A DNA stretch of 64,000 bases from Epiperipatus broadwayi (GCA_028023455.1 JAQFVV010000010.1:3968001-4032000), one strand, 5' to 3'. Positions 14,146-27,720 are shown, numbered from the stretch's first letter. Numbers and translations: made by a program. The notes: a model not told the origin generated them from the letters alone.

Positions 14146-15043
14146 ATTCCAAAATATTGAATGATGATTGAAATAATATAATTTCCCATTAGAGTAAAAC
14201 ATTAGCATACTAAAACTAATTTAATAAGAGATATATTTAAAATAAGTTTTGCCACATGAAATAAAATAATTAGAGGTGAAACTTTAAAAACTAATGATAG
14301 GTTTAAAGTATTAATTCTGTGCTTAGGCGTTTTCAAAGAACGTTATTTAGTTGAAAGCTTAAGAGAAAATCATAAATTTAATGATAATTAGTTTACAGTC
14401 ATTTACCAAATAAATAAAAGTTACATTCTGATTACAATTAAGATTTAGAACAGGAATGAAGTGAGGAAAATTAAGAGTTTATTCTTCAGCAAAACAGATT
14501 ACCTTTATTATTTATGGCGGCCATTTAAGATAACTACACGAAGTTTGGACACGAAGGCACAATATTAATAAAATAATGGTAGGCATCTTCCAATATTCTT
14601 TTATAATTAAGCACAACAGTTTTCAAGCAGTGATGGCATAGCAGGGAGGCAGGACAGAGGCGATTTAAGATCAGGGAGGCAAATTCCTTTTACTCACAGT
14701 CCATTTTATTACCACTCTCTACACAAATACCAGAGAGAAGAGTGATTTGAACTCCTTTTGCACATTCCTAGAACTTCTGCTCCTCCTATACTTGAAATTT
14801 AGCAATATTGGAAGATGTAAACAATACGTTCCAGAAAGCAGATTATTTAAACATATTTTTGACATTTTAAAATTGTAATAATATTTTTTTAGAATTTCTG
14901 GCATTGCTTTAGCTCTACATTAATTGTATTTATTTTCATATCTGTAATACATATACGCACATATACAATTATTTAAATGAAGGAAATTTACAAGCTTGAA
15001 AATAAAATATACTTAAACTAAAATAATAATTTAACTGGTTACA
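14146..15043 (-). repeat. Probable 3' LTR of the Gypsy element, running into the gap
   Basis: 14146-14898 is a close direct repeat of 21989-22737. The minus strand shows a PPT-like ttaagaaaagg followed by TGTAACC starting at 15043. Confidence 0.6.
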
Positions 15044-15472
15044 CATAACCTTTTCTTAAATAACCTAGGTGAAAGTGTTATGTGTATATGTGCGTGCTTA
15101 ACATCCCTGGATGACCAAATAAACACATAAACAGGTTCAAACCCTACTTTAAAGGTATGTAATGTCATCAGGCAGTGAAGTTAAATATGTACCACAAATT
15201 TACTACTTCACATTCCCATAATTAGAGGAACAAACAAAAAAATAATTTGTTAAAAAAAATGATTTTACTTATACCTTTAAAAATTGTTATTCCAAATGGC
15301 AAAGAAACACATGGTCAACTAATAATAGCAAACTAGTCTGTCTATTTCCCACTACTATGTTTATGTCTCACTTCATGAAATTTTAACTACAATGTACTAA
15401 TTAGAATCTCCCTAATCTCTGAAATCCTTTTGAAAATCAATGATCCCTCCTAATATCTCAAACACTTTTTTA

Positions 15473-18025
15473 CTATTCTTTTCCTGGGTTAGGTTGTATA
15501 TATGGCTTTAATTGGCGCGCATTGTATATGCCTTTAATTACTTTTCCTTCTCTTAAAAGGAAAGCATTTTCCCCACATTTCTTCTTAATTATATAAGGAC
15601 CTTTATATAAAGGGAAAAAATTATGGAACTCTTGGCATGTGACATTACTGCGCTTAGGAACTTTAAGCCACACTTGATCTCCTTCACAAAATCTATGATG
15701 AGGAATACGCCCCTTCCTAATTCTAATTTTAACCATATGAGCTAACCTTGATCGAGCACGTTGCTGGTCACATTTTTGATCAATACAAACATCCTCATTT
15801 GGTAAGGATTTGAAAATCTCCGAGCATGGTTTGCCAAAGTGAAGACGCCTTGGTGTAAAACCTGTTGATTCATTAACTGATTGGTTAATAAAATCTGTTA
15901 TCTTCTTGGTATTGTTGACCCAACCTCTATAATTCTCAAAAGTATAGGTGCGGAATAGTCAGTTTATCTCTTTCATTACATGCTCACATGGGTTAGATTG
16001 GGGGTTTCGAACCGATGTGAGACGATGTGTTAGTCCTTGTCGAAGAATCCAGGCTCTCCATTCCTTGGATGTGAATGCAGAACCATGGTCTGATAGCAAA
16101 ATTTCAGGTTTACCTACTTCAGGGAATTGTTTGTTTTGTAAAACCCGAATCACATTTCTGAAATCCGCTCGTGGTACCGGATATGCTTGAACATATTTAG
16201 AGAAAACATCATAAGTAACTAACAGATACTGGAAGCGTCTAAATCTGGGCAAAGGACCATAGTGATCTATAGCCAATAATTCATTTGGCTTGGAAGCAAC
16301 AATAGGAATGACTGTCCCTGCATACGATTTCGTAAGGTGCTTTGATTTTGCACATAAGGAACACCCTCTTAATATGGTCAAAATTTGAGCATACATTCCG
16401 GGCCAATAAAACCTTCGTCTCACTGCCTCTTCGGTTTTTCTGGGTCCATAATGTCCAAGACTTTGATGAGTTGCATTTATAATTTGTTTCCTCATGCGGT
16501 GTGGTACCACAATTTTCCATGGATTATCTTCTTTGTTTGTCCTTATATGTAGTTTTCCTTCCCTTATTTGATACCGACTTATCCTTCTGGCACTCAGTTT
16601 GGAAACATTTTCTTCTCTTTTCCTTAACACTGCACGAATGATAATTCCATATTGGAGATCCCTTTCTTGCCAATATCTGATATTTTTTAGATCAGACTCA
16701 ACGGATATCTCATTAGCTGTGATCATTACCTTAGCAGTTCGATCGACAAGTTCCGGATTCTGAAGTGACATTGGTATGGGATTCCGGCTTAATATATCTG
16801 CCACTATATTTTCATGACCTGGACAATAAACTATACTATAATTAAATTTTTGTAAAATGAGGCTCCACATTATGAGCCTTTCATTTGTAAGGAAACTTTT
16901 ATTTAAGAATTCCAAACATTTATGATCCGTGACTATGATAACTTCAGATTCCAAGAGAAATTGCCGAAACTTTTGGCACACCCAAACAATGGCAAGTGTT
17001 TCTTGTTCGGTCGTAGTATAATTATTCTCTGCTCCTTTTAATGTTCTGCTACAAAAATATAAAACCCCATGTTTTCCTTCCTCATCCACTTGAAACAGTA
17101 AAGCTCCCAAACCTTTCTTATTGTCAGTTTGGACATAGAATGGATGATTAAAGTTAGGATGATGAAGTATCACAGTGTCAAGAAACTTCCTCTTAATATT
17201 AGAAAACTCTTGGTCATGTACGTTGCTCCAATTCCACTTTTGCCCTTTCCGTAGTAACGCTATCATGTTGGATGTTTCTTGAGAAAAACCAGGATAAAAC
17301 CTGTGGTAGAAATTACATAAACCCAAGAAAGATCGAATATGTTTGCGAGTAGTTGGGCATGGAAAATCCTCTATTGCCTTAATTTTATCCGGGTGTGCTC
17401 GTATTCCTTGCTCACCAATTAGATGGCCCAAGAAAGCTATTTCCCTGAGACCAAACAAACTCTTTTTTAAATTTATGGAAATGTTCTTTTTTTTTACACT
17501 CCTTAAAAAACATTTCTAAATATTTTAAATGTTCCAATGGATTCTTAGATGCAATCACGATGTCATCAACATATGAAACCAAATGTTTTTGCAAGTCTTC
17601 TGACAAAACTTGGCTTAGACATCTCACAAGTCCGGCTCCACTATTTATAAGTCCAAATGGCACTCTTTTGAACACATGAGTTTGCCCATTATACCGGAAT
17701 GCTGTATATTTACGGTCTTGTGGGTCTAAAACCATTTGCCAATAACTAGAAGTAAGATCTACAGTAGAAAACAGGCATTTCCTGCTAACTTTACAAATAA
17801 TTATTGTGCTGAAGGAGGTATGTCCCGCTCCGGAATAGTCATACTATTCAACTTCCGGGCATCTAAGCACAATCGAAGAGTACCATTTTTCTTTTTAACA
17901 ACTACCAATGGATTATTATATGGTGAAGGGCTTCTCTCAATGATATTCCACTCAACCATTTGACGGATTTGTTTTTCAACTTCCTCGTGGTACTGGAACG
18001 GAATTGGATAGGTTCGTGATTGCAC
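15473..18025 (-). mobile_element. Gypsy/Ty3 pol (RT-RNase H-integrase), pseudogenised
   Basis: YPIP...PLVVVKKK...RLCLDARKLN, VDLTSSYWQ, YVDD, RNase H TD...EQETLAIVW...TDHK, integrase HHCC, DDE (IDHYG, SDHGSAF, SNPCE) and GPY. Domain order RT-RH-INT. Stops at about 17801 and 15959-15961 plus frameshifts. Confidence 0.95.
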
Positions 18026-18541
18026 ATACAAATTTTCCATTCTTCCATCTTCTGTTGCTTTTCATCTTGCCTTTCTAATAAACCCTGCATCATCTTCCAG
18101 AATTCTTTAGCTTCTTTCTTCCAGTTCTTCAGCTTGGTCGGCTTTATTAGACCTTCCATCTTCTTCTGGGATTCTTCAGCTTCTTTCTTCTTTCGTTCTT
18201 CAGCTTTTTTCTCTCTGGAAAATTTTTAAGGAACAGCTCCTATCTTCTGTTCTTCAGCTTGTTGCTTTAATAGACTTTGCATCATCATAAATAATTGATG
18301 GTTATTGTCGATGACCTCTGGTCCCTTATTCACATCTCCCAAAAAAAGCTCTGGCTCCTTGAAAGTAATTTCTGGACTTTCCATTGAATTGGCATTCCCC
18401 AAAAAAATCTTGTTCCAACTCCCCACTACTGCTTTCACTCTCATCTAATTTGTTAATCTCTTCTGAATCTTCATGTCTGTATTCTTCACTAATTATTTCA
18501 TATTGTTTCATTTTACTGATATCACTAACTCTATGACTCAT
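18026..18541 (-). mobile_element. Gag N-terminal coiled-coil remnant of the Gypsy element
   Basis: Frameshifted E/K/Q-rich helical fragments with two similar MMQ.LL.xQ.E.Q motifs, joined directly to the start of RT. Confidence 0.55.
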
Positions 18542-19640
18542 TATTATTTGCTATTGGTTATTCGCCTATCCCTTTTCCTCAATCGCCTCTATACTACCAT
18601 TATTCCACCATACCTACTACTTTCTTCCTGCCCTGCCTAACTTATATGATGCCCAACCACTTTATTATCTATGCTTACTCTTCTCACTACTTGAATCTGC
18701 CTATATAATTTAAGCTATATATTATACTTGAATCTGCCTATATCATTTAACCTATATATTATAAAATTATTAACTATCAATTCTATAACAAAATATATTT
18801 AAAAATTACCACGCCTTTACTTCTTTGCCACTTTTCATCTGTTCTCTTTGCACCTGGAATTGACTAAAAATCTTTATTAGTAAATTGATAATACAAAATA
18901 TAACAGAAAGCCAAAGCAAAGTATGATTTTCTCTCTTTTAAATATTTGCTTGTGTTTGAATCTCACTCAATGTAGGTTATGTTAACACATGAAATCACCG
19001 GTTGGCAAAATTTATAATTGTATAAATACAAAGGTGCCATGCCAACACGGCAATATTAATGACTTATTATATAATATTTAGGTTATTCATGCTCACAGAA
19101 ATGGATACCAAAATTTCCTTTTGCAATGATCAAATAATTCACAACTATTATACTACATAAATATATATTTTATTTTCAATGCTGTTTTGAAATCAGCAAG
19201 ATATATCCTTATATTTATCTCTTTGCAATAATCTGCAACAGCTATAAAATTTATTTCACATAAATAAATTTTAAGTATACATAAAATAGTGTTTAAGTTG
19301 ACTTATGTTACAATCCAGCAAAATAATGCTAAAAAATATTATGACAATATGCAAGTTATACAACATGGATTGACATATTTAGAATAAAAACAATTTATTT
19401 CATGAATAGTTATTATTTACTACAAACTAACAATGTGTGACTAACCTAAGTTTGAATATAGGAATTTAACTCAATTATCTATATCATTTCCAAGAAGCGT
19501 GAGGCTATCAAAAATGTCAAAATTAATATTCTTCCCAGTAATTTATATTTATCGATATCAACTTTCACTTTCACTTGCATAAGAATATGTAAACCATTTA
19601 AGCATTTTGCCAACTGCATCTGGCTACTTGGTATTACATA

Positions 19641-19762
19641 AAAGGTCTTCACCTGCTTTGAGGTTACTCTAAGAATCAATGTCATTGAAGCGTAATGTCC
19701 ACTACATCAGACCGCTTGACATAGAATTATATTTAAAGGTCTTCACCTGCTTTGAGGCTACT
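19641..19762. repeat. 28-bp direct repeats around a 66-bp spacer
   Basis: aaaggtcttcacctgctttgagg(t/c)tact at 19641-19668 and 19735-19762. Confidence 0.9.
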
Positions 19763-20191
19763 AATAATAGGAAATCAAACATTTTAAATACTTACTAGTA
19801 AGCAATGCTTTTATATTAAAGTTTTTAAAATAATATCGATATTGGATACTTCTAAATATCAAAACTGAGATATACACCACTTAATGTTGACAAAGAAAAG
19901 AAATCTTTATCATCCATTCTACCCCTCACTCCAATCTACTCTTACTACCTTTCTAACTTAAATTTTCTTTCTCCTTATTGTCACGAATGCATATTAACAA
20001 ATGTATAATATATACACTGAGATAGTACAAGCTACACATATAATTAATTTATATATCTATTAACTATCTTATTACTTTTGAAATAATTATTTTGACTAAC
20101 AATACTGTTTACTCACATAAATTATAGCATTTAACCAACAAAATTAATTACTGAACCTACATTTATATAATCTTGGAGACACTAAAATATA

Positions 20192-20322
20192 AGCCACCAA
20201 AACATAAGCACTTTACATGGTGTAAGATTTAATTAATAGAGGCCTCAATGATTGGGCCAACAACAAAATAAGCAGTCTACAGGGTGTGAGATTTAATTAA
20301 TCGATGCCCCAAACGTTTGGGT
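20192..20322. repeat. Two copies of a roughly 64-bp unit
   Basis: taagca..tac..ggtgt.agatttaattaat.ga.gcc occurs twice. Confidence 0.7.
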
Positions 20323-21653
20323 TGCCAAGTCCAAGAAAGAAAAAAAAAAAATCCTGTACCGGTCAGAATTGTATGTTCATTTAACAAGGTTTGGAATCTA
20401 AGAAAAAGTACCCTAAATCCACTCATGCCCGAGATACACAGGTCAGGAGCAATCATGAATTCGGCCCTATTTGCTCTTCTCTAAAACTATAACATTATAA
20501 ACAACATTTCTGATGATAACATGGAATTTTATTTATTCTGGTCCCAGAGACACAGCAGAGAAACATGAGATCTACAGGGTAATTAGCATAAATAAATAGT
20601 GTTTAAATCTTGGCTCAATCAAATATCTTATATAAAGGAAAATCTATAAGACTAAATGAATTGCACACAGCTAGCATTGCAAAAGAAACATGAATTATAA
20701 AATTAGTATCCATCCAGAATGAGCAAAGACAGAATAACTCAGAGATAAATGTTTATTTAAGATAATGTTATAACTTCTAAATAAGATTAATATTATTTAT
20801 AAATATTAAATGGAATTCAATGAATGAGATTCAGTAAGACACAAACGAATGAGTAATTATTAAAACATAATAATTTAATAAATATAAACAATTTTATTTA
20901 CATTAGAAAAAAAACATAGCACAGATTTAATGTGGTTTACTTTGCATATAAGCAACTGATTTAGTATGCTAATAAGTTATAGATAATAATAAATCAATGT
21001 TATCAATGCTGTAACCATTACTTTAAAGTAATGATAAGGGTGTTTAAAAATTCATCTCTAAAGAGAGTTTTACTCTTGATATGATACTTAATAATATATA
21101 GTTCATGAGCATATTTGGACCTGTACAGATGAGGAATGGGTTAGCCTAAATTAATCTTTACCTATGACAATCCTAAAATATTCGACTAATTATAAAATGA
21201 GTGGTTTACAAACATCACTGCGCTACGTCTTATAGTTAATATGAGAACTATACATAAACGAACTCGCAGTGCTGACTTATAATAATAGCGTAAAATGGAG
21301 AAGATGTCTGTCTTTAGACTGGAAGACTTTATCACATATATGATTCCGCTTGTATTTATCACAAGGCTATATTCAAAAATATGAGTGGTAAGGATTTCCA
21401 TGGGACGCCCTCAACATGTCACATGCAGAGCCTTAATACTCTAACGCTTATCCTAAGATTGGTTATATTCAAACTTCATTACTATACGAGTTCCGTGAAG
21501 AAAATCCGGATTTCGGATGAGTAAATATGATAAAGTAAAATATAATTCTTTAAATGTTATCACAAGTAAGCAACGCGAATAAGGCTTTAAGTCTTCAATG
21601 ACTAATGAAATAATTTAAGCTTATATAAAGCAATAATAGTATGCGTAACGCCA

Positions 21654-22737
21654 TGATAAAATAATAACCCACTCAGCATCCTATGTATAACTTTAATACA
21701 TTTAGGATGTCGAATATAGAAGAGGGAAAAATATTATTTTCCTATTTAACAAGTCCAAGTATTCCTAAACGACAATACATTATAAGCAATTTAACTCTTA
21801 ATGGTATATAAACAATAAATAGTTATTAAGTATATTAATAATCAAGTTTATTAAAAGAACATAAATTGCATTTAAATATCGATAGTGAATATGATTTTTA
21901 AACAATCCGCCATTAACCATAACTTCAAAATATTTAACCGAGCGAACAGCGTTCAGTAGAAGAAATTTTACGTTTAAACTATTTAAACATTCCAAAATAT
22001 TGGAATGATGATTGAAATAATATAATTTCGCTAGATTAAAACATTAGCATACTAAAACTAATTTAATAAGAGATATATTTAAAAATAAGTTTTGCCGCAT
22101 GAAATAAAATAATTAGAGTGTGAAAACTTATAAAAACTAATGATATGTTTAAAGTACAATAATTATGTGCTTAGCGTCTTCAAAGAACGAGTTTAAAGCT
22201 TAAGAGAGAAAATCACAAATTTAATGATAATTAGTTTATAGTCATTTATCAAATAAATAATAGTTACATTCTGATTACAATTAAGATTTAGGACAGGAAT
22301 GAAGTCAGGAAAATTAAGAGTTCATTCTTCGGCAAAATGGATTACCTTTATTATTTAGTGGTGGCCACTTATGATAAGCTACACGAAGTTTGGACCGAAG
22401 GCACAATATTAATAAAATAATGGTAGGCATCTTCCAATATTCTTCTACAATTAAGCATAACAGTTCTCAAGCAGCGATGGCATAGCAGGAAGGGGACAGA
22501 GGCGATTTAAGATCAGGGAGGCAAATTTTTTTACTCACAGTTCATTTTATTTCCACCCTCTACACAAATACCAGAAGAGCCGAGAAAAAAACTCCTTTTG
22601 CGCATTCCTAGAACTTCTGCTCTTCCTATACTTGAAATTTAGCAATATTGGAAGATGTAAACAATACGTTCCAGAAAGCAGATTATTTAAACGTATTTTT
22701 GACATTTTAAAATTGTAATAATATTTTTTAGAATTTC
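21654..22737 (-). repeat. Probable 5' LTR of the Gypsy element; outer end lost at the LINE junction
   Basis: Direct repeat of 14146-14898. The minus strand ends ...ttttatCA at 21654, immediately followed by PBS-like TGGCGTTACGCA (21653-21642). Confidence 0.6.
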
Positions 22738-24220
22738 GTTTCAGTAAAGGTCACGGCATTTATAGATGATATTGTAATAATTTTTGAAAACTGTTATAAT
22801 ATTGATGTTGTAATGAATATAATCAGAAAATTTCAGCAGGCAACTGGAGCATTAATTCAAGTAAATAAATCAGCAGCTTGGCAATTGGCAACAGGCAAAA
22901 GAATTCCCAATGAGTTTGTAGCCCTACCTAAGTCCTTCCTTGGCCTTCCATTATATTTACCAAAAACTAAGATGAATGGACTATTAAACAAATTAGTCAC
23001 AAGGAAAAATTGAGGAAAGAATTAATGGTTTTATGCCTTTTAAACTCTATGAAATAACTAAAACCAAAATATTTAATGCAATTGCAATGGGAGTGCTAGG
23101 ATATTATGGCCCATGGTTAAAATTATATAATAAATCAAACCTAAAGATTATACAGATGGCAAAAAAATTCATATGGGGAAAGAAAACTTATCTCCTCTCT
23201 ACCTCGCTTTTACAGCTTCCAATAAATAAGGGTGGTCTCAATTTAATTGACCCAAAAGCTTATGTTCAATTTGTTACTGCTAAAGCTTATATGAATGTAG
23301 CCAAGGATCAGTCATTTAATCTCCCAAATGGTGACATATTTATTATTAATGGATTGGGAGCTGAAAAAAGATCGTATCTTACTGACATGTTGATGGCATA
23401 TAAAGATTTGCAAGATGAACTTAATGTAACCACCCTAGATGGTATTAGATATAAAGATTTAAAAAAAGCAAATTACCAAAATGAAAATAATTGGTTGAGT
23501 TGTTCAATGAAAAATGTATTAAAAAAATTTCACTCAATATACCTCAGACATCAATGAGATTTATTTTTAAGTTAATCAATGGGATTCTACCTACAACTAC
23601 CTTTATTAATAAAAGACTGGGATTGAGTTTGAATGAAACCTGCATTATGTGTAAGAGGCACAATGAAACTTTTATGCACTTATTTGAAGAATGCTACGCC
23701 TTTAGAGAAATTAGAATGAAGGTCTTTCACAGGCCTATAATAAATCTCAAATATCTTATGAAAAAATATGTTATAAACTTTAACCCGCACAATGCGAATG
23801 TAATGATCCATACATTGAAATCATTGTGGGCAATAAGATGTTCACTTTTATTTGATAATAAGAAATTCAATTGGTTAAAAAAAAATGGATAGAGATTGGG
23901 AGAACTACTTCAACTTATGCCTAAAATATTGGCCCCAAAAAACCTTCCAACATGTATGGGGAGGAATTGCTCTCTCCAGATGTGAAATCTGGGAGTAAAA
24001 CATAAAATAAAGAAGGGTAATGTTGTTAAAGAAAAAGAGTCTAAATCGTAAACAATGAACAGGTAACAGGAGAATTAAGTGAACGTGTTGCAATGTGTAT
24101 AATGGACAAGTGAAGTATAATACTGTTCTTTTTTTTTTTTTTGTCTGTACTAAAAATTGATCTTGTAATTATGTAAATATGTTGTGATTTAATAAAGTGT
24201 GTTACTTAAAATAAAAAAAA
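22738..24220 (+). mobile_element. 5'-truncated L1/Tx1-clade non-LTR retrotransposon
   Basis: KVTAFIDDIV (RT), FLGLPL, LPINKGGLNL, C-terminal CIMC...ETFMHLFEEC and LWAIRCSLLF; AATAAA at 24191 then an A-rich tail. Confidence 0.88.
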
Positions 24221-26185
24221 TAAGTTCTCATCAGCAATTCACAAATATAATATAACAATTATAATCGTTGTGATACCAACACAAGCTAGTTCATCAAATA
24301 AGCATTGAAAGTTAATGCATCAATAAATGGTCTAAGTAATAAATAATAGTTCCCTTCTAACAAATGGTTGACGAGTATCAATCATTTTAATAGTAGGGGA
24401 AGTATTTTAGGGGATCAAAATTAATTACTAATTATAAAATACACATTCATAATATATCTATGGTTAGCATCACTTATTGATTAAAATAACCGTTATACTA
24501 TACTCTAGTTTTAGTATTGGCAGACCTGAATATTTATTAAGGACTGAATTTCAAATCAAAGTCAATCTTTATAATGATCGCAAGGTGATCAAACATGACT
24601 GGGCAACTCAATTTTGAAATAGCAAGTAAGATTTAAATAATGAAGTGTTATTTGTAATTATTAGATCGAAGATAGAATATCTTCAGCACAAACTTACTAT
24701 ACTTAAGATGCTTGCTATTTCGAGTGGCATTTGGCATTTTATCACATATATAAAATAAAATCTTAATAACTAAGATTTCTAATACAGAATTGACATCACA
24801 TTGAGCACAAAAGCAAAGATAGGCTACAATTAATAGTGTGATCGTTAATTTTCCATTTTAGTTTAAGTAAAATTAAAGGTTTTTCAGATATTAAAAGTTA
24901 ATTTACAAAGAGTAAGACAAGCAGCAATTGGCGATTTACAATTTAATTAAAGGAGAGGTTGTGGAAATTAAATTTACTTTGAATGTTCAGTGGGATCAAT
25001 ACATTACATTTAGCTTTAGATTTCCAAATTAAAGTTCATTTTAGAGCTCTTTGTGGTGATGTTAGTAATTTTCCTTTGGCTTGTTGGTGGAGCCGTGTCT
25101 ATTGATGCCAGCATTTCTGGATGGCAGCAGTAATCATTTGTAGGATAGGCAGCATATCTTTTTAAGTATGGAAATATTAGTGTGGCAGGTTCATTACAGA
25201 GATTTTCCATTAGTATGGCAGCTGGATGATTCCAGCAAGCGAAATGGAGTTCACCATTCTCCGGGTTTGGAGCACAGCAATTCCCACCTCCCCTACTCAG
25301 ACATTAAAGATTAAACTGTTGTCAATTTTATTAGCAAATCCTTACACAACTTGGCAGTGTATATTTTACTTAGAAAATGGTGGTCTACATATATCTGCCT
25401 TCCAATTTCTTGCACATTTTAATAAATTAGCCCTATAGCAAAACAAACCATTAGCACATTGTTTTATAATTTTAGAAACTAAAATACCTCCTATATTTGT
25501 ATAATTTTTGACAAGATGTTTACCAGAATTTACTTTTTTTTCATATTATAAGATTTTAGTAATTAACGAAGTTGGTTAAGTGCTTATTTTAACAATAAAA
25601 CATGTTTTGAAAAATATCTATTAATATCAATTAACCCACCATCCTAAAACAGATTTGAATTGTGTGATATTTTTACAAATTATTTTAGAAACCATATTTT
25701 TTTAAAGTACAACAAGTGATAAAACAAAATATGTCTAATATATATGTATTGGGGTAATATGTATGATCTACATATATATATTTTAATAAACTGCATTATA
25801 AATAGAATTATAAATTGAATTAAATTATACATCAATTTTAAAACCCCTAGGGGCAGAACTGCCAATTTGAATGTCAAAAAAAAATTACAGGACATATAAT
25901 TTTAAATGAAAATTCTAATTTATTACAATAAATATAAATATATATATATACATTTTTAGAAAGTGCAAATATGAAAGGATGTAATAAAGCTGATAAAATA
26001 GTCATTACCAAAAAAAAAAAAAAAAATTAAAAAAGATTTTTTTTACATTTTTAAACATATTTATTTTTACATTGGTTCACAAATTCTCAATTTTGAAAGA
26101 TATAACTTGAAATTACAATTTCATAGACAGCTTCATCAGATGCATCTCAAAATGCTGAAAAAAAATGATATATAATACATCTTAC

Positions 26186-26321
26186 CTGAGATGATTTTTC
26201 TATGCAAAAATTACAAAAACAATGCGAATGGTAAGTTCCATTTTTACTAGCCACCCTACATGTTCTACTTTTATAACAGAGTATATGTTAGAAATGTTTG
26301 GTTGTCCTTGCATGCAGGTAT
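26186..26321 (-). other. Possible non-coding exon of a leftward transcript from the 27.4 kb promoter
   Basis: Minus strand catatttctaacag|...tctCAG|GTAAGA: strong donor and plausible acceptor; no long open frame. Confidence 0.3.
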
Positions 26322-27169
26322 CTGTTAGAAATATGTTTGGTTTTTAGTGGGGAAAAAAATAACAGAAATAATTTACAAGATGTTGAGGACTTTAGTAAAT
26401 TATATAGTAATGTATAGTATAATATTATTATATATTACTTTTACTATATTATATTAGTGAAAAATGGAATGGTGTGTGACCTAAAATGTGTATTCTTTTC
26501 AACTAAATAAAATGTACTCAAAAAATAAATATCAAGCAAAAATTTCTCCAAGATAAAATGAATAAGAAAAATCAATAAATATCAAAATAAACAAATTTAT
26601 TATGAGCACTGATTATATATGTGTGTGGGAGATGAAATATGAGAGTGGAGGTCTCGGTATATGATGAGTGTGGATGTGCATGTTTTTATATTATTCAAAT
26701 GTATTGTCTAAAATTCTATCGTATATATATATATATTGTTTTCTATATGTATATATCAAATTCTATCGTATATATATATTCTTTTTTGCATATATATATA
26801 TATAATTCTATTGTATATATATTGTTTTGTATGTGTATATATATAATAAAGAGTTATAAACTCTGTGAGAAAAATAATTCAAAAAACGTTTTTATATTAT
26901 TTCACCTGTGTTATATCATATATATTTATATATAAAAAAAAGTAATAAAAAGTAGGTCATAAAACAAATTGAGGTAAAAGATTCTCAATTTTCAAATGTG
27001 CTTTTTATCTAAAAGTTGATCGTTTTTATAAAAAGATAGTTCTAGAACTAGGTCAGAAAAATATTAAAATAAACATTTCTATATTATTTTAGCTGTATTA
27101 TATCATATGTATATATAATTATTTTTAATGATATTTAATTATAGAAAGCAATAATTAATAATAAAAATA

Positions 27170-27720
27170 ATAAAACGAGTACGTACAGAACGAGTACGTA
27201 CAGAATCCTGTCAAAATGTTAGCATCATTTTCAAATTTCAATCCAATTATGAAGGCATCAAAACTCGTTTTTAAAAATAAATCCAATAGTAATCCTTATA
27301 TGTTTTTGATATAATCTTTTTTTTTATTTTTAAGCTTTTAACTGTATTTTTACAAAAAAATTTGTTCCTACTAAGAGGGCTTATAAAAGCCCTTACGTAA
27401 TTGAAAGGAATTATTACACTGTAAAACAATTCAATGGACCGCGAATCATATTTACGGTCATTAAATCTAAAAAACAAAAGAAAAATAAAAAAATCGTATT
27501 TTACAAAAACTTTCATAAAAAATCCCAATTTTATCGTAAAAATACAAGTTATAGCTCATTTTAACCGCAACAAGATGGCGGATTGAATGATCCGAGAACC
27601 GTAAGTGTACTACTTACTGTTTCCGCGCAGACTCAGTTGAAAGTCTAAATTTTTGTTCAGGGGCTCTTCGGTCTCAAAGTTAAATAAAGCTACTACTGTA
27701 ATCTACACATGATCGTTAGA
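27170..27720. promoter_or_regulatory. CpG-enriched, probably bidirectional promoter
   Basis: Cluster of CpGs in a CpG-poor background. YY1-type AAGATGGCGG at 27572-27581 with plus donor CC|GTAAGT at 27601. Minus-strand donor AC|GTAAGG at 27396-27395. Strand skew appears to flip here. Confidence 0.65.
27572..27600 (+). other. Putative short first (5'UTR) exon of the plus-strand transcript; true start may lie slightly upstream
   Basis: aagATGGCGGATTGAATGATCCGAGAACC|gtaagt; YY1 motif plus a consensus donor. Confidence 0.55.

Noticed and set aside
13565-14208. Four long ORFs in the track
   Set aside because: They consist of X residues from the N gap.
19641-19762. CRISPR-like repeat-spacer-repeat
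   Set aside because: Only two repeats, a 66-bp spacer, eukaryotic context and no cas genes.
19550-21884. TATCGATA (DRE) motifs
   Set aside because: Not near either promoter-like island; expected by chance in AT-rich DNA.
21190-22737. Mitochondrial or bacterial insertion (CpG-retaining segment)
   Set aside because: No rRNA, tRNA or protein motif recognised; better explained as LTR plus leader. The 76-codon plus ORF at 21295-21525 has no recognisable features.
26105-26145. Minus-strand CTGATGA...GAAA
   Set aside because: Stems I and II do not pair.
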